NCBI GenBank assembly: GCA_011109175.1 | Contig: RDEW01000009.1 | Location: forward strand, 5,237 to 69,236 | Length of the DNA: 64,000 nt | Origin: Dicyema japonicum | Taxonomy: Eukaryota; Animalia; Dicyemida | Reading direction: 5' to 3' | In this document: positions 52,400 to 64,000 of the stretch, in pieces | Numbering within the stretch: position 1 is the first letter of the stretch | Layout of the letters: each line of letters opens with the position of its first letter | Translations under genes and position numbers: made by a program | The notes under the pieces: model-generated | Database searches by the model: none | The model's input: the letters and a program-made list of their open reading frames with translations, nothing else | What the model was told of the DNA's origin: nothing

Positions 52400-53790
52400 A
52401 TTGGAATAGGAAAAATGACAACACCCATTTCGAAGTTGATAATTGTGAAGTATGCGAGAATTCAGCGGAAGAACCAGGGCAACCGATATATACAACACGT
52501 CAGTCAACACGAACATATACCGTCAATCTAAACTTTCAAACATACGACCGATAAACCAGGAAAATCCAAGCACTCTCAATTTCACAGGCCAACTTCATTT
52601 TGAAAGTCCTAAAAAGCTCATCCTGATACGAATTCAACCAAACATCACGGTTGTCCTGTTCCAACGCGGATTTAAGAAGGCTGATAACTCACCTTGCCTG
52701 TCTATCATAATTTATCTGAGATGATCTTCAATGCAAACCCCGACCTCGAAAGTGCCTGATATGCTCTGTCGATATTCAAAAAGCGTCCGACAAGATCCCA
52801 ATGAAAATCCTGACCAGGAAGATCTTCCTACCAAACGGAGTACCACAGGACTCTCTTTATCGCCTATTCAGTTAAACCTCTTCCTCAGCGACACGCCAGC
52901 TAGTACCAGCGATAACACACGTTCTCGCATATGCTGAAGAGACAATCGTCACATCAAAGGACAATTGTTTTGAGACAGCCTCTGGTCGACTGCAAGACTT
53001 ACTAGAGCGGCTGAGCAATTGGCTTGAAAGTAATTTACTATCGACAGCTCTGGAAGGTCATCCCAGCTCTATTTACCTCCGATAGAAGATTAATAAACTC
53101 TGCAATGATCCTAGTCCTCAATAATGTACCTCCACCTCTAACTGTGAAAAGATCTTGGGGGTCATGTTCGACTCACTCATTTAGCAAACACGTCAGCAAC
53201 TCCATATCTTCCACTCAAAGAAAACTCAATTTTTTAAAGGCCCACTTCACAATGGAAGATGCTTAAACTCACCAATGAACTAAGTAATACAACCAAGGAT
53301 CAGCTATGGAAGTGATGCGTGGGATACGGACTTATCTAAAACTTAAAGAAGATTGGCGACTTCCAAGCGACAGTTACAAATCCTTCCAACGTTTATCAAC
53401 TATCCTGTTACGGCCGACACTATTCGAAGTCTTCTGAGGGGAACGGATACCCAAATGAAACCACCTAAGAACCGATGTGTTCCCCGACTGTACAAAAAGT
53501 GTGTTGGGTTCGGGAGGAACGTCGAGAATAGTTGAGAAGCTTGAATCATCTAGAAGAAACAACTTTGAAATACAAACCGTAAAATGGGGGACGATAAAAA
53601 TACAATTTACGTACAAATAGTAAATTTTCTTAAACCTCTGTTATTTAAATTTTAAGAACCTAGTGGTGGTGTTCGTGTAACTATGAGCATCCGGTTCTAC
53701 CCTCTACGTGCTTGTGGGTTTGAAGGAACATCAGGTCAAAATGAAGTTGCAGCGGGTCAAGGTCACGTGATTAGTTAGTTTGGTTGGAAT
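52400..53790 (+). mobile_element. Decayed LINE RT and 3' end
   Basis: LSPIQLNLFLSDTP, degenerate YA..IV, KILGVMFD; ends VKVT*-TTAGTTAG at about 53770. Confidence 0.7.
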
Positions 53791-54333
53791 TTTTATTTTA
53801 CTTAATTTCAGAGACCCATATTACCATCCATATTTAAGATATCGTTAAGACATTATTAACATCGGGACTACCAGAAAGGGTATCGTTCAGTAATCCGTAC
53901 TGAAATTCGAATTCAACTCATCCGAGATTAATGAATATGATTTGTAAATCTAAAACTGTTAAGAATTTTTTGACAATTAAAGAGTACCCTGTGTCCTCAA
54001 AAAATTTAATCTACCAAATGTAATTGAGAATGAATAAAGTATCAGTTTAAAGAGCACTTTCGCTAATTCAAAACCATGAAACAGCATGTGCATCATGAAC
54101 ACAGACGTTATTATTAAAGACAAGTTGAATTCTAAGAATCTGGTAATGGATCATCTACAATGTTTTCCTTGATTGTCCAGTACTTTCTAGACCACTAATG
54201 TGTCACTCTTCAACTATTTGCCAAGGGGGATGCAGTCAGTCATTAGGCAAACCTTTCAGCCTCATGCAAAGCAAACTAAAACCGGTTACTAAGGCAACAA
54301 AATAATTCACATAAAGTGTAACATAATATAATA

Positions 54334-56072
54334 CTAATCATTTTTAATCAAATATTCCCACTCATTCAATGGAGAGAGATCTTCAAGTCCATACTGTTTG
54401 AGGATCATCGTGAACATACCACTTCTTCTTGTCATCCCTCTTCTCATATCTGCTGATTTGACCCATCTTCAGCTCCAACTGCCTCCTCGATATGGGACAG
54501 TTCACGTTGATCTCAGAAGGCTGCAACTATTACAAAAATTAACAACGTTTCCCGCCAAAATTCGAATTTTTAAATTATCAAGGATAATTTCCTTGTGTTT
54601 TATCCAAAACAACTGAAATTCAGTAATCAAAGACTGAATCGCACGTGGGTTCCCGTGACATAGTCGGATGAGAATGGCATGGCTGGGCTGATCCATATGG
54701 CTTACCCTCTTCGGGACCTGCCGCTTTGACTGATTCGACTTGGTCTCCTCTTGTTCAGGCAAGGGCGGGATCTCCACCATTTTGAACCTGTCCAAATCTG
54801 ACCCTTCACCCCAAACACAGCCAATCAATGTCTTCTTGAGGACATTCACTCCCCCCATCTTAGCTGTAATCTGAAAATTACTAACATGGGCAACCATTTC
54901 GCTCTCAGACGCTCCCTCATCTACCGACAAATGCCCATCAGGGACCATAAAGCTGTCGTCCGAGTCATCTCCCTCATCCTCATCGGGCTCATTCTAGGGA
55001 TCACGAAATCACTAACCTCACTCTCAGTCAAATTCTCTCCTGGCTCGTCTTCCACCCATTCGGCGTCACTATCGACTTCATAGTCCATAATCTGGAGATA
55101 ACTATCTCCCCAACCTCATCCTTCCCAAACGGAGTCCTCCCCTTGACCACGGAACTCGTCTTCTTCCAGGTTCCGTAATATGCCGGTCTGTTGTTATCGT
55201 GAAATTTGATGAGTTTGTATCTCAACTTCCTCACGGTCTGCAGCAGACGGACACATGGAGGCTTATACAGGCATATTGTGGTCACTCTCCCCGATAGGAT
55301 CTCATCAAACATGTTGAGGTCACTCTCGTCAATGCATCGCAAATTGACCACCATGTTGCTGTCAGGATCACGGAAAAGCCAGTGTGAAGACATCACGGAG
55401 GTCTTCTTACTGATCGGAGTAAAGAACTTTCGCATCAACTGCTGTTCCATCTCGATTTTCCGGTTCTCTAGTAAGTAAAGTACCCCACCTTGTCATCCAT
55501 CATTTTCCGTTTTTCCGCAATTGCCTGTTCTCTCTCCTGTTTTCTCACCGTTTTCACCTCCAGAACTTGCTTTTGTCTCTCCAGACGTTCTCTATCGTTA
55601 TATGATAGTCACCTTGATTTGTTCAACAGATCCTTCTGTTTCTGGGTCCTTTCCTCAAGTTTGGCCTTCCACAACTCGATTTTGAGTCTCTCTTTCTCAA
55701 TCTTGAAATCAGAGACCACATTACATTGAACTGTCGCTTCATTTCGGCTTCTTCCTCTTTCAGGCTGAAAATGAGAATAACTCGTACCGAATTTTTTCCA
55801 ACTTTTGGATATTCTTCAGTTCCTTTGCAGAGGGTTTGGTCTCCGGGTCGTGTAAAGACGTGACTTTCTTTTTGATCCGGATACATTTCATCACTCTTAT
55901 GGGGTTCTTACAGGTTTCCTCTTCTTTCTAAAAGTTAGACACTTATTTCTACTGGAAAACCGTCACCATTCCCTGAGATTCTTTTTTAGTGACATTTTTG
56001 AAGGGATTCGTCACGATTAATTTCTGTTTCAGTATTACTAATGACATCAGATTCATTATTCCCATCACTCAT
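54334..56072 (-). CDS. CHAF1A: Chromatin assembly factor 1 subunit A (p150)
   Basis: KER-rich coiled coil, LMRKFF, FHDNNRPAYYGTW, DYEVDSDAEW.EDEPGE, FMVPDGHLSVDEG; frames close with 23-nt introns. Confidence 0.9.
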
Positions 56073-57683
56073 CGTAGGGACACACAAAGAATTCAAACTT
56101 ATGATAATTTAAAACTTTGATGTAATTAATTAATTTTAATAAAGTTTAATTAACTAATTTATATTATGAACACCGTTATTTGGAAAAATTACTCAATTTC
56201 TACTAATTTTTTTTTCTATTAAATTCTACATTTTTTAGGCAAATGGGTGTGGTTGTGTCATTTTATCACTCTATACACTATCCATGTCATTTGTCTTAGT
56301 CGTCGTCAGTGTGCTTCGATTTTTCTTGAAAACCATCCCATGGAATGACTAAATGGATAAATTCTCAAATTTTCAGTTTTAGGAAAATTATTATTTTTAT
56401 TAAACATTAAGTTAGTTTTTTAAGTGTTTGTTGTAATCAGAAAATTTTAATTTTTTTAAAAATAAAAAAATTTATTATGAAACAAAACAATCAAAATATT
56501 CTAGCTGAGAGAATGGAGTGCCTGTTTCTCCTGATAATTGCCATAGAAATCCTTTGGAAGAACCATTCGTTTTTCCGACGCTCATTGTTAAATTTCGAAA
56601 TCATTGACACATGAGATATTAGATAGAGACCGTTTTGGGCCCGAAGACTCCACTCGTCTCGACAACAATGTGCAGAAGGTGGAATCTTGTGGAGAGGTAG
56701 TCGTATTTTTTATCTTGAAATTTTTGAAAGACCGAGAATAAATCTGCTATCCTTTGAAAGGACATAATTTCATATTCGGAAAATTTTCAGTAAAAGTCTT
56801 AAAAAATCTAGTTATCAAATTTTACAATGGTTTTGACATTTATCTCCAATCATCCACTTATAGGGAGAAAATATTCTTAGATTTATGACAAAGTTGAAAA
56901 AAAATGATTTAGTGGAACAACCATTCGGTTTCTTGACGCTAATTCTCTAGACCGAGCATCTAATTCTACTATACAAAGTTGGATATATGCTTAGAAGGGC
57001 GTAATTGAATCACAGTTAACCGCACCTTAGTTCCCCACAGTTACCACGTTAATATCGACCCATGTCATCACAGTAAGAATAACATGGCCTCACCGATTTG
57101 TTATCCCCAACTCGTTTGCGGGAATAGTTTACTTTCACCCCTTCCCCACCTTCATTCCGCAAACAAAAATCATATTTAAAATGAAAAATATCATAAACTC
57201 GTATCATTAGATCACTTAGATTACATTCTTTTCTTTTTAACCGAGTGACCCCTTGGCAATAAAATAAATAATAACAGAAGGGTCGGCCATAACGTGATCC
57301 CGATATCGTTAGGGAGTTCATAGGAAAGTAATTCTGACCCATCCTTGAAGGCGACCTCTATTAGCTTCTATGTTTCTATTAACCACCAATTTTCTCAACT
57401 TGGAGTGACCGTGATAAATAAATACAGGTAACGGTGTTTAGAAAACCATCAAGAGTAAGTCCATTGACGTACACACAGTAGGTTTTCCAGCCCAACCGAG
57501 TGTGCGAGAGGCACTAGTGAAGAGTTAACGGATATTTTCGCTAAGGAAGGGAGGGAAGACACAGGAAGAGATCAATAATTAGTCTAATTTCCACTTTCAC
57601 ATAATCACAGACAGAAAACATTAATAAACCATCAAAGTCAAATCTCTAATCGGACACTCCCCCATCCTACAATTCTCCAAAAA

Positions 57684-58620
57684 TCAAACAGCAATAGAGA
57701 AATACTTCCACTCCACTCGTCTTCCCTCAGAAGACTTGTCCAACATGCACATTCGAGTCTCTCCACGTTGACTCAACAATAATCTATAGCCGACAGCCCG
57801 TCTCCAAGTTTCCCCCAATGCTGGAATAGTGCACATAGTATCCCCCACTTTCCTCCTCACATCCCAATTCGACACTACAACCTTCAAATAAGTAAAAAAA
57901 CATACCCCCAGTTCCTTTGATGTACACAGTCCAGTAAGTTTGTCGGCCAAAATATTCAAATTCCGTGATTTGTCCGCGTTCAGATTCATAATCACGGTAA
58001 GACTGTCGATAATCACAAGTTTTATCGCTTCCAAAGTACCAACAAGGCACAGAATCTCCATGAGATCTTCGAATCGAGAGCAAGAAGCGACCAGGATGCT
58101 CTCAAGTACGGAATTCTCGTCTAAAAAATTGTGTTCAGCAATGTCTCTGATTACATCTACAGAGAATGTACCCTCAGTGTCGATATAGAGAGATTTGGAA
58201 ACCCCGGAGTTGTAATTTGATAAACATAATTGGTGACTTTGAATTACTTAGAAGAAAAACCATATTCGAGTTTTCCCGGTTCCTGGACCTCCACAGAGCT
58301 CAACTATTTTTCCAAATGGAACTCCTCCATCAAAAAGATCATCAATATTCTTTGAATTTGTGGATAATCTAAGTTTTTTACTTTCTTTCTCCAGTAATTC
58401 CAAGCTGTTAGTCAAATAGGGGTATTTGGGAGGCTCTATTATTTCCTTAATGTGGTCAATTAGGGATCGACCTTCTTCCTTAGTCATTGTGGATCCTAGA
58501 GTAATATTAATTCCCACTTTCAATGAGTTTTTCGACTGTAATTTCTTCAACAAAAACAAATCCTAGTGAAAGGAGATGCCGTTCGGTTTCTTCATCAAGA
58601 CACAAAGAAGTAATCTCCAT
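57684..58620 (-). CDS. RAD51C: RAD51 paralog, most similar to RAD51C
   Basis: GGVPFGKIVELCGGPGTGKT (Walker A), YIDTEGTF, LVIIDS (Walker B), PALGETW; introns of 22 and 24 nt plus one more. Confidence 0.82.
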
Positions 58621-58799
58621 ATCAGACAATTTAAAAAACCGCCAATATTTTATAATTATTTAAATTTAAAAAAATTATTAATAAATTTAAAATTTGTGGT
58701 TACTTGAATTCCTATTTTGGAAACTATGCCACGTGGCGCCAAAGTTAGTGTGGTGCTATGAGGCTACATTAATTTAATTAATTACATTACTCACGAAAA

Positions 58800-59717
58800 A
58801 GGTTTTTGACACCACCATTCAGCCGGTTTTGAAAAGATGGATAGTCAATTTTCTTTCCGGAAGAAGAGGACGTGTCTGTATAGGCCATGGAAGACTGAGG
58901 TCCTATCTTCTACCAAATGGAGTCTCTCAAGAATCGCCCCTTTCTCCGGCGCTATTCAATTTATTCCTAAACGATTTACCCTGCCCTGGAAGACCAGATT
59001 CAATGCTTCTTAAATATGCTGACGACATAATAATCGCTAGTAGTAGCAAATATGTGGATATGGTAAAATTAGAGCTTCACTCACATATTGACGACCTGGG
59101 AGCCTGGTTGAATTTGAATCGTCTCTGCATATTCAAGGATAATTCAACGTACACTATCTTCACTACAGACAGAAAATACAATTATACACTGGATTTGAGC
59201 ATATATGGAGACTCTTCACCTTTACCGATTCATCCTATTATTTTGGAAGTGACTTTCGACCCTTTGATAACATTTTCTCAACATGTGAAAAACGTTTTGA
59301 CAAAGGGTCTCAGGAAACTGAATATAATGAAATCGTTCTTAAAGTCCAGGCAGTCACGTGAATGCGTTGTCGTCTAGTACAATCAGCTTTTAAAACCGAC
59401 AGTTGAATATGCTAGTGCCTCATGGAGATTCAACATCAAATTTGNACATTTTCAAAACATGTGAAGAACGTTATGACAAAGGGTCTCAGGAAACTGAATA
59501 TAATGAAATCGTTCTTAAAGTCCAGGCAGTCACGTGAATGCGTTGTCGTCTAGTACAATCAGCTTTTAAAACCGACGGTTGAGTATGCTAGTGCCTCATG
59601 GGCTCATGGAGATTCAACATCAAATTTGTACAAGATCATTTCACTAACAGCCAAATTGGTACGTCTATCGAAACTACTTCCCGATCTTTTCCTCCAATCG
59701 ATTGACTACGCCTCAAT
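58800..59717 (+). mobile_element. LINE RT domain (I/Jockey-like), relatively well preserved
   Basis: WIVNFLSGR, NGVSQESPLSPALFNLFLNDLP, KYADDI, VTFDPLITFSQHV, YNQLLKPTVEYASASW. Confidence 0.9.
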
Positions 59718-59772
59718 NNNNNNNNNNNNNNNNNNNNNNNNNNNNNNNNNNNNNNNNNNNNNNNNNNNNNNN
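59718..59772. other. Assembly gap
   Basis: N run. Confidence 1.
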
Positions 59773-60059
59773 TTTTAGCAGGTCCTATGGGTAAGTGGAA
59801 CATTTTACCAAGGTCCTCGACATCTTTAGGTAAAAAAGTCATCTTTTTGAAATCTTATAAAAATTGATTTTAACAGGTCCTATGGGTAAGTGGAACAATT
59901 TACCAAGGTCCTCGACATCTTTAGGTAAAAAAGTCATCTTTTTTAATATTTTTATATAAGTTTAAAATGAAATATTTATTTTCAAAAGAAAAAAAGGAAA
60001 ATGATTNTTCTTCCATTCAAGACTAGAACCTCAAATACACGTAAATTGAGAAAAAACGC

Positions 60060-61200
60060 ACCCCTCTTCAAAATCTAATGAAACGTGATCGTCGTCCGTA
60101 CAGGAAAGCCGTGGGTACTCTGGAGGAACATAAAAAAAACCTCTCGATCCATTTGAGGTGTACCGGGATCACTTAATTAGTTGGTTTACTCCTTCTTTCT
60201 TTGTGTTTCCTTGTTCGGGGTTATTAAATAAATAATTACTTGCATGAATTTAAGATTATTTGTTGATTCTCCTGTTCCTCCTCTTCCCCCTTGGCTCCAG
60301 GGAGCTTAAATTGTTAGCGTGCGTTATGTGGTTCACCGTCTCTGGTGGCGCCAGATATAATCCCAAATTGTATAAAAAACCATTAGTCAACAACCATCCA
60401 GAGGAGTTTCCCTGGACGGCACCTCCTTCAAGTCCAAGCATACAAAGACTGCTGAGGGAGTCCGGGATTACCTGAATTTTTTATTCTGGCTATGACGGTG
60501 TAATATTTGATATTTCTTTATCATTTTCAAAACATGTGTCCAGGCCATGGAGCGTACGTCATTTGGGAAGAGCAAAGAGAGCTTGGCTACTATCTATAAA
60601 AAATTTATCAGAACAACGATGAACTATCCTGTTCCTGCCTGGGGTCACGGTTTATCAATGAAAAATGTCGAAAATACAAACGACTCAAAATTCTGCTAAG
60701 AAAAATCACTGGCTGTCTAAAAACCACACCAACTGACCACCTAAACTGGGAATCAAAAATTCTCCCACTAAAGGACCATTTCAAGATGCTCAGAATACAA
60801 TTCCTTGAAAAGTGTAAAACTCTGGAAAGAATTATTTTTGCTCTGTGATCAAATTTGGATTCTACAAACCATCCCAGAGACTGGACCATTTCAATCACGA
60901 CAGAAAACAATCCATGGCTAGATATCCAATAAAGCCGTCAGAAGCTCTGCAGGTATCAATAACTTCTGGTGCTTATTCCACCTATTGTTAACGCAAGCGA
61001 AGCTTCCCTACCGTGGGTAGTTCGCGTTTACTTGGCGCTTCTACGTTGTGGTACAGGATCGGACAATGGTCCTCACCACTATGGCCATCGTGCTTTTTGA
61101 CGATCAGAAGGTGGCTCTCATTGCATAAATAAATACCACAAATATACGGTTGCAGAAAGTATCGCCAATACTAGTTTTTCTTTTTTTAATTTAGATTCAA
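60060..61200 (+). mobile_element. Tandem stack of LINE 3' fragments
   Basis: CTGIT* at about 60175; LLRESGIT* at 60475; FGKSKESLATIYKKFIR..NYPVPAW at about 60560. Confidence 0.7.
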
Positions 61201-61746
61201 ATCGGTTCAGACACCTGGAGCAGCTGTTTTGACAGTGGAGAACCTAAAAATAAAGAAATATTCCTACCTCGGAGACCGCTACCGATTTACTCCTGTTGCG
61301 ACGGAATCATCGGGAGCCGTTGGTCCAAGGACGGCTTAGTTCTTGCGAGTACTCGGAGGAATGCTTGCCAGAATTAAAGGGATTAAAGAGAAAAGTTATG
61401 GCTAAGACAAAAGATTGGAATGGCCATACTCCGAGGGATCTCATTTGCAATCCAAGCAGCCGGCTTCCTCAACTGACATTTGTTTCTTTGTTAAAAAATT
61501 ATTTTATTAAAAAAATTTAGATAAATAATCCTCATTCCTGTGTAGAATTGTCTATGAAACATATTCTGCCAAGGGAATCTACCAAATTAATATAAAATAT
61601 TCCATTCAGTAAAGACACAGTGCGATGAAAAATTAATGAGATGTTCGAAGATCACAACCAATCTTTAGACTTTTAAATGTGCAGGATATCCATTGGAAGT
61701 ACTCAGCCCATTTAAACTCATAGGAAAAATACTGAGCCAATTTGAG

Positions 61747-62498
61747 NNNNNNNNNNNNNNNNNNNNNNNNNNNNNNNNNNNNNNNNNNNNNNNNNNNNNN
61801 NNNNNNNNNNNNNNNNNNNNNNNNNNNNNNNNNNNNNNNNNNNNNNNNNNNNNNNNNNNNNNNNNNNNNNNNNNNNNNNNNNNNNNNNNNNNNNNNNNNN
61901 NNNNNNNNNNNNNNNNNNNNNNNNNNNNNNNNNNNNNNNNNNNNNNNNNNNNNNNNNNNNNNNNNNNNNNNNNNNNNNNNNNNNNNNNNNNNNNNNNNNN
62001 NNNNNNNNNNNNNNNNNNNNNNNNNNNNNNNNNNNNNNNNNNNNNNNNNNNNNNNNNNNNNNNNNNNNNNNNNNNNNNNNNNNNNNNNNNNNNNNNNNNN
62101 NNNNNNNNNNNNNNNNNNNNNNNNNNNNNNNNNNNNNNNNNNNNNNNNNNNNNNNNNNNNNNNNNNNNNNNNNNNNNNNNNNNNNNNNNNNNNNNNNNNN
62201 NNNNNNNNNNNNNNNNNNNNNNNNNNNNNNNNNNNNNNNNNNNNNNNNNNNNNNNNNNNNNNNNNNNNNNNNNNNNNNNNNNNNNNNNNNNNNNNNNNNN
62301 NNNNNNNNNNNNNNNNNNNNNNNNNNNNNNNNNNNNNNNNNNNNNNNNNNNNNNNNNNNNNNNNNNNNNNNNNNNNNNNNNNNNNNNNNNNNNNNNNNNN
62401 NNNNNNNNNNNNNNNNNNNNNNNNNNNNNNNNNNNNNNNNNNNNNNNNNNNNNNNNNNNNNNNNNNNNNNNNNNNNNNNNNNNNNNNNNNNNNNNNNN
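61747..62498. other. Assembly gap
   Basis: N run. Confidence 1.
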
Positions 62499-62499
62499 T

Positions 62500-62680
62500 T
62501 AATAAAAATATTAATTTATTTAATGGAAAACGAACGGTGTTATCTAAAATGTGTCGGTCCCCGAGAGCAACACCGGGAAAAGATGAGAACATTGCTGAGA
62601 GATGCCGGGATCACCTGATGGCGTTTTCCTCTTATTTAGTTTGCCTGGTGATTTTAGGCTTATTAATAATAATAATTTTG
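62500..62680 (+). mobile_element. LINE 3' end (CVGPREQHREKMRTLLRDAGIT*), sister of the copy at 25560-25704
   Basis: High nucleotide similarity to 25555-25704; uninterrupted (TAA)n tail. Confidence 0.85.
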
Positions 62681-63059
62681 ATTTACTTTAACCCCAAGCC
62701 TACAGGCCAGAGCATCCCTGTCGCTCTCTATGCAAAACCCCAAAAAAAGAAAAATTATTATGACAACCTGCCTTGAATGCTATCATCCATCCTTTACAGC
62801 CACAATGACCGGAGTCGTCTAAAACAGATACACGGTTTTTTGTCCTGCAATGGAACAATCAAAATCTTCTTTTCCGAGGGACATTCGGGTAAACCTGACT
62901 CGTCTATGATGTGGGCACCACCCCCTCTCTACCGATGTACGATTTCCGTGATAATCATCGTCTAAGTTCCTTCAAATTTAACTCGGGAGAGAATCAAATC
63001 AAGTAATATATCGTACTCAATATCTCCGAGTGAGTCATTTCATATATAACACGAAAAGA

Positions 63060-63400
63060 GAAATGGAGGATGAATCCTTCATGAAGCTAAGTAACATTTA
63101 CTGGAAAAATTAGTCACGTGTTTACATTGAAAGAAACTGACTACTACGCCGACAAGACAAGTTGCTCCCAGTAATCCTCCACATAGAGTCTTGGTGAACC
63201 AAGGAAAGGAGATTTTCGCAACCCAAAATGCTATTATGTCAACACCGTATGCGACGAGTCCAACTCTGGCAGTCTTGGAAGCAACGATTCCATGACGTTT
63301 ACCTCAGCGGGTCCGCGCCCTAATATTTTATTGCCGTAGTAAGGCCATGTATGCAACCAGTAGACACCAAGTGTAAATTTTTACGAAAAAAAATACTACG
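63060..63400 (-). CDS. Possible small membrane protein
   Basis: Open hydrophobic segment VGLVAYGVDIIAFWVAKISFPWFTKTLCGGLLGATCLVGVVVSFF; start unresolved. Confidence 0.3.
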
Positions 63401-63533
63401 GAAGTAAATAGTGGCCGATTAAATAATATAAATTTAATTTAATAGTATCAATTAATTTATTTATAAGTAAGATAGTCACGTGTCCGACAATTCATAGAGG
63501 CAAATCACACACAAGCACCTTTATCCACAGTGA

Positions 63534-63701
63534 TTAGTTATTTTCTTTAGCCATTTTTTTTCTTTTAATTCGGTCATATTCCTTGTATAATCCCTGTCTC
63601 ATATAATAACGATCTGAATTTTGCTTGTATAACACAAAGAAACCAGTCCCAAACATAAACACGAAGGAAGAGACAAATATAGCCTTTGGAATATTAGACA
63701 T
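63534..63701 (-). CDS. PET117: Cytochrome c oxidase assembly factor PET117-like
   Basis: MSNIPKAIFVSSF...VLYKQNSDRYYMRQGLYKEYDRIKRK follows the PET117 pattern MS..SK..L..S...V..Q..D...R.G...D.ER. Confidence 0.68.
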   Translation of the reverse strand: MSNIPKAIFVSSFVFMFGTGFFVLYKQNSDRYYMRQGLYKEYDRIKRKKMAKENN

Positions 63702-64000
63702 TAACAAAACAAGGGTTAACCACGTCAATAGTTCAATGAACTATTTAAAATTAAAAAGAAGTATTAATTTTTATTTTCTAATTAGAATTATAAATTTAAA
63801 AAGAAAATAGCTGGTGCACTACCACTTTTCAGGAGTAATCTTGAGTTTTTTTAATTAAATAAATAATCAGCGTGTTTATTATTAGTCTTTTGTGCAAGAG
63901 GGCCATGTGCGTCAAGGAGGATGCCACTCAGTCTTTCTTTTATACACTAATCCAAGACCACTGTTAAAATCCCAGAACTAAGTGATCCCAACACGCTCCA

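Noticed and set aside
56480-57600. Coding-like segments between CHAF1A and RAD51C (GITLWP is vaguely METTL-like)
   Set aside because: No consistent gene model and no methyltransferase GxG motif could be built.
2405-58620. Stop-codon reassignment as the cause of short ORFs
   Set aside because: Nearly all in-frame stops fall within removable micro-introns or follow homopolymer deficits; GRWD1, CHAF1A, RAD51C and CELF close under the standard code.
59270-59945. Duplicated RT segment around N 59445 and duplication after the gap
   Set aside because: Assembly junction artefacts.
1-64000. rRNA, tRNA, snRNA or SL RNA genes and telomeric arrays
   Set aside because: No convincing signature seen by eye; an Infernal or tRNAscan run would be needed to exclude them.

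Overview
AT-rich (roughly one third GC by eye) eukaryotic scaffold from a draft assembly with three N-gaps and several junction duplications. It is not prokaryotic: no rRNA, tRNA, CRISPR array or operon-type signals were seen. Genes are split by extremely short spliceosomal introns (mostly 20-30 nt), which is why the ORF track is fragmented. Metazoan-type genes (SLC3A heavy chain, CELF), ciliary genes (BBS7, DLEC1) and 20-30-nt introns together point to a dicyemid (rhombozoan) mesozoan; this is inference, not a database match. Genes recognisable after manual intron removal: GRWD1, BBS7, a ZIFL1/MFSD-type MFS transporter, DLEC1, a two-RRM CELF, an SMYD methyltransferase, an SLC3A heavy chain, CHAF1A, RAD51C and PET117, plus several orphan genes. 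Compact gene islands alternate with fields of decayed non-LTR retrotransposons (RTE, I/Jockey-like, CRE-like) and DNA transposons (two hAT elements with intact 8-bp TSDs, pogo/Tigger, IS630/Tc1, and a MITE carrying a tandem array), often nested. The most unusual signals are: (1) strong, frame-independent enrichment of the palindrome CACGTG inside coding exons (35 sites counted versus about 5 expected); (2) GC-AG and one apparent GT-GG micro-intron; (3) a run of one-base deficits in homopolymers that break otherwise intact genes, most likely long-read error but testable as RNA editing or slippage; (4) an RTE insertion whose TSD duplicated a splice donor. Gene boundaries are hand-derived and approximate where stated.
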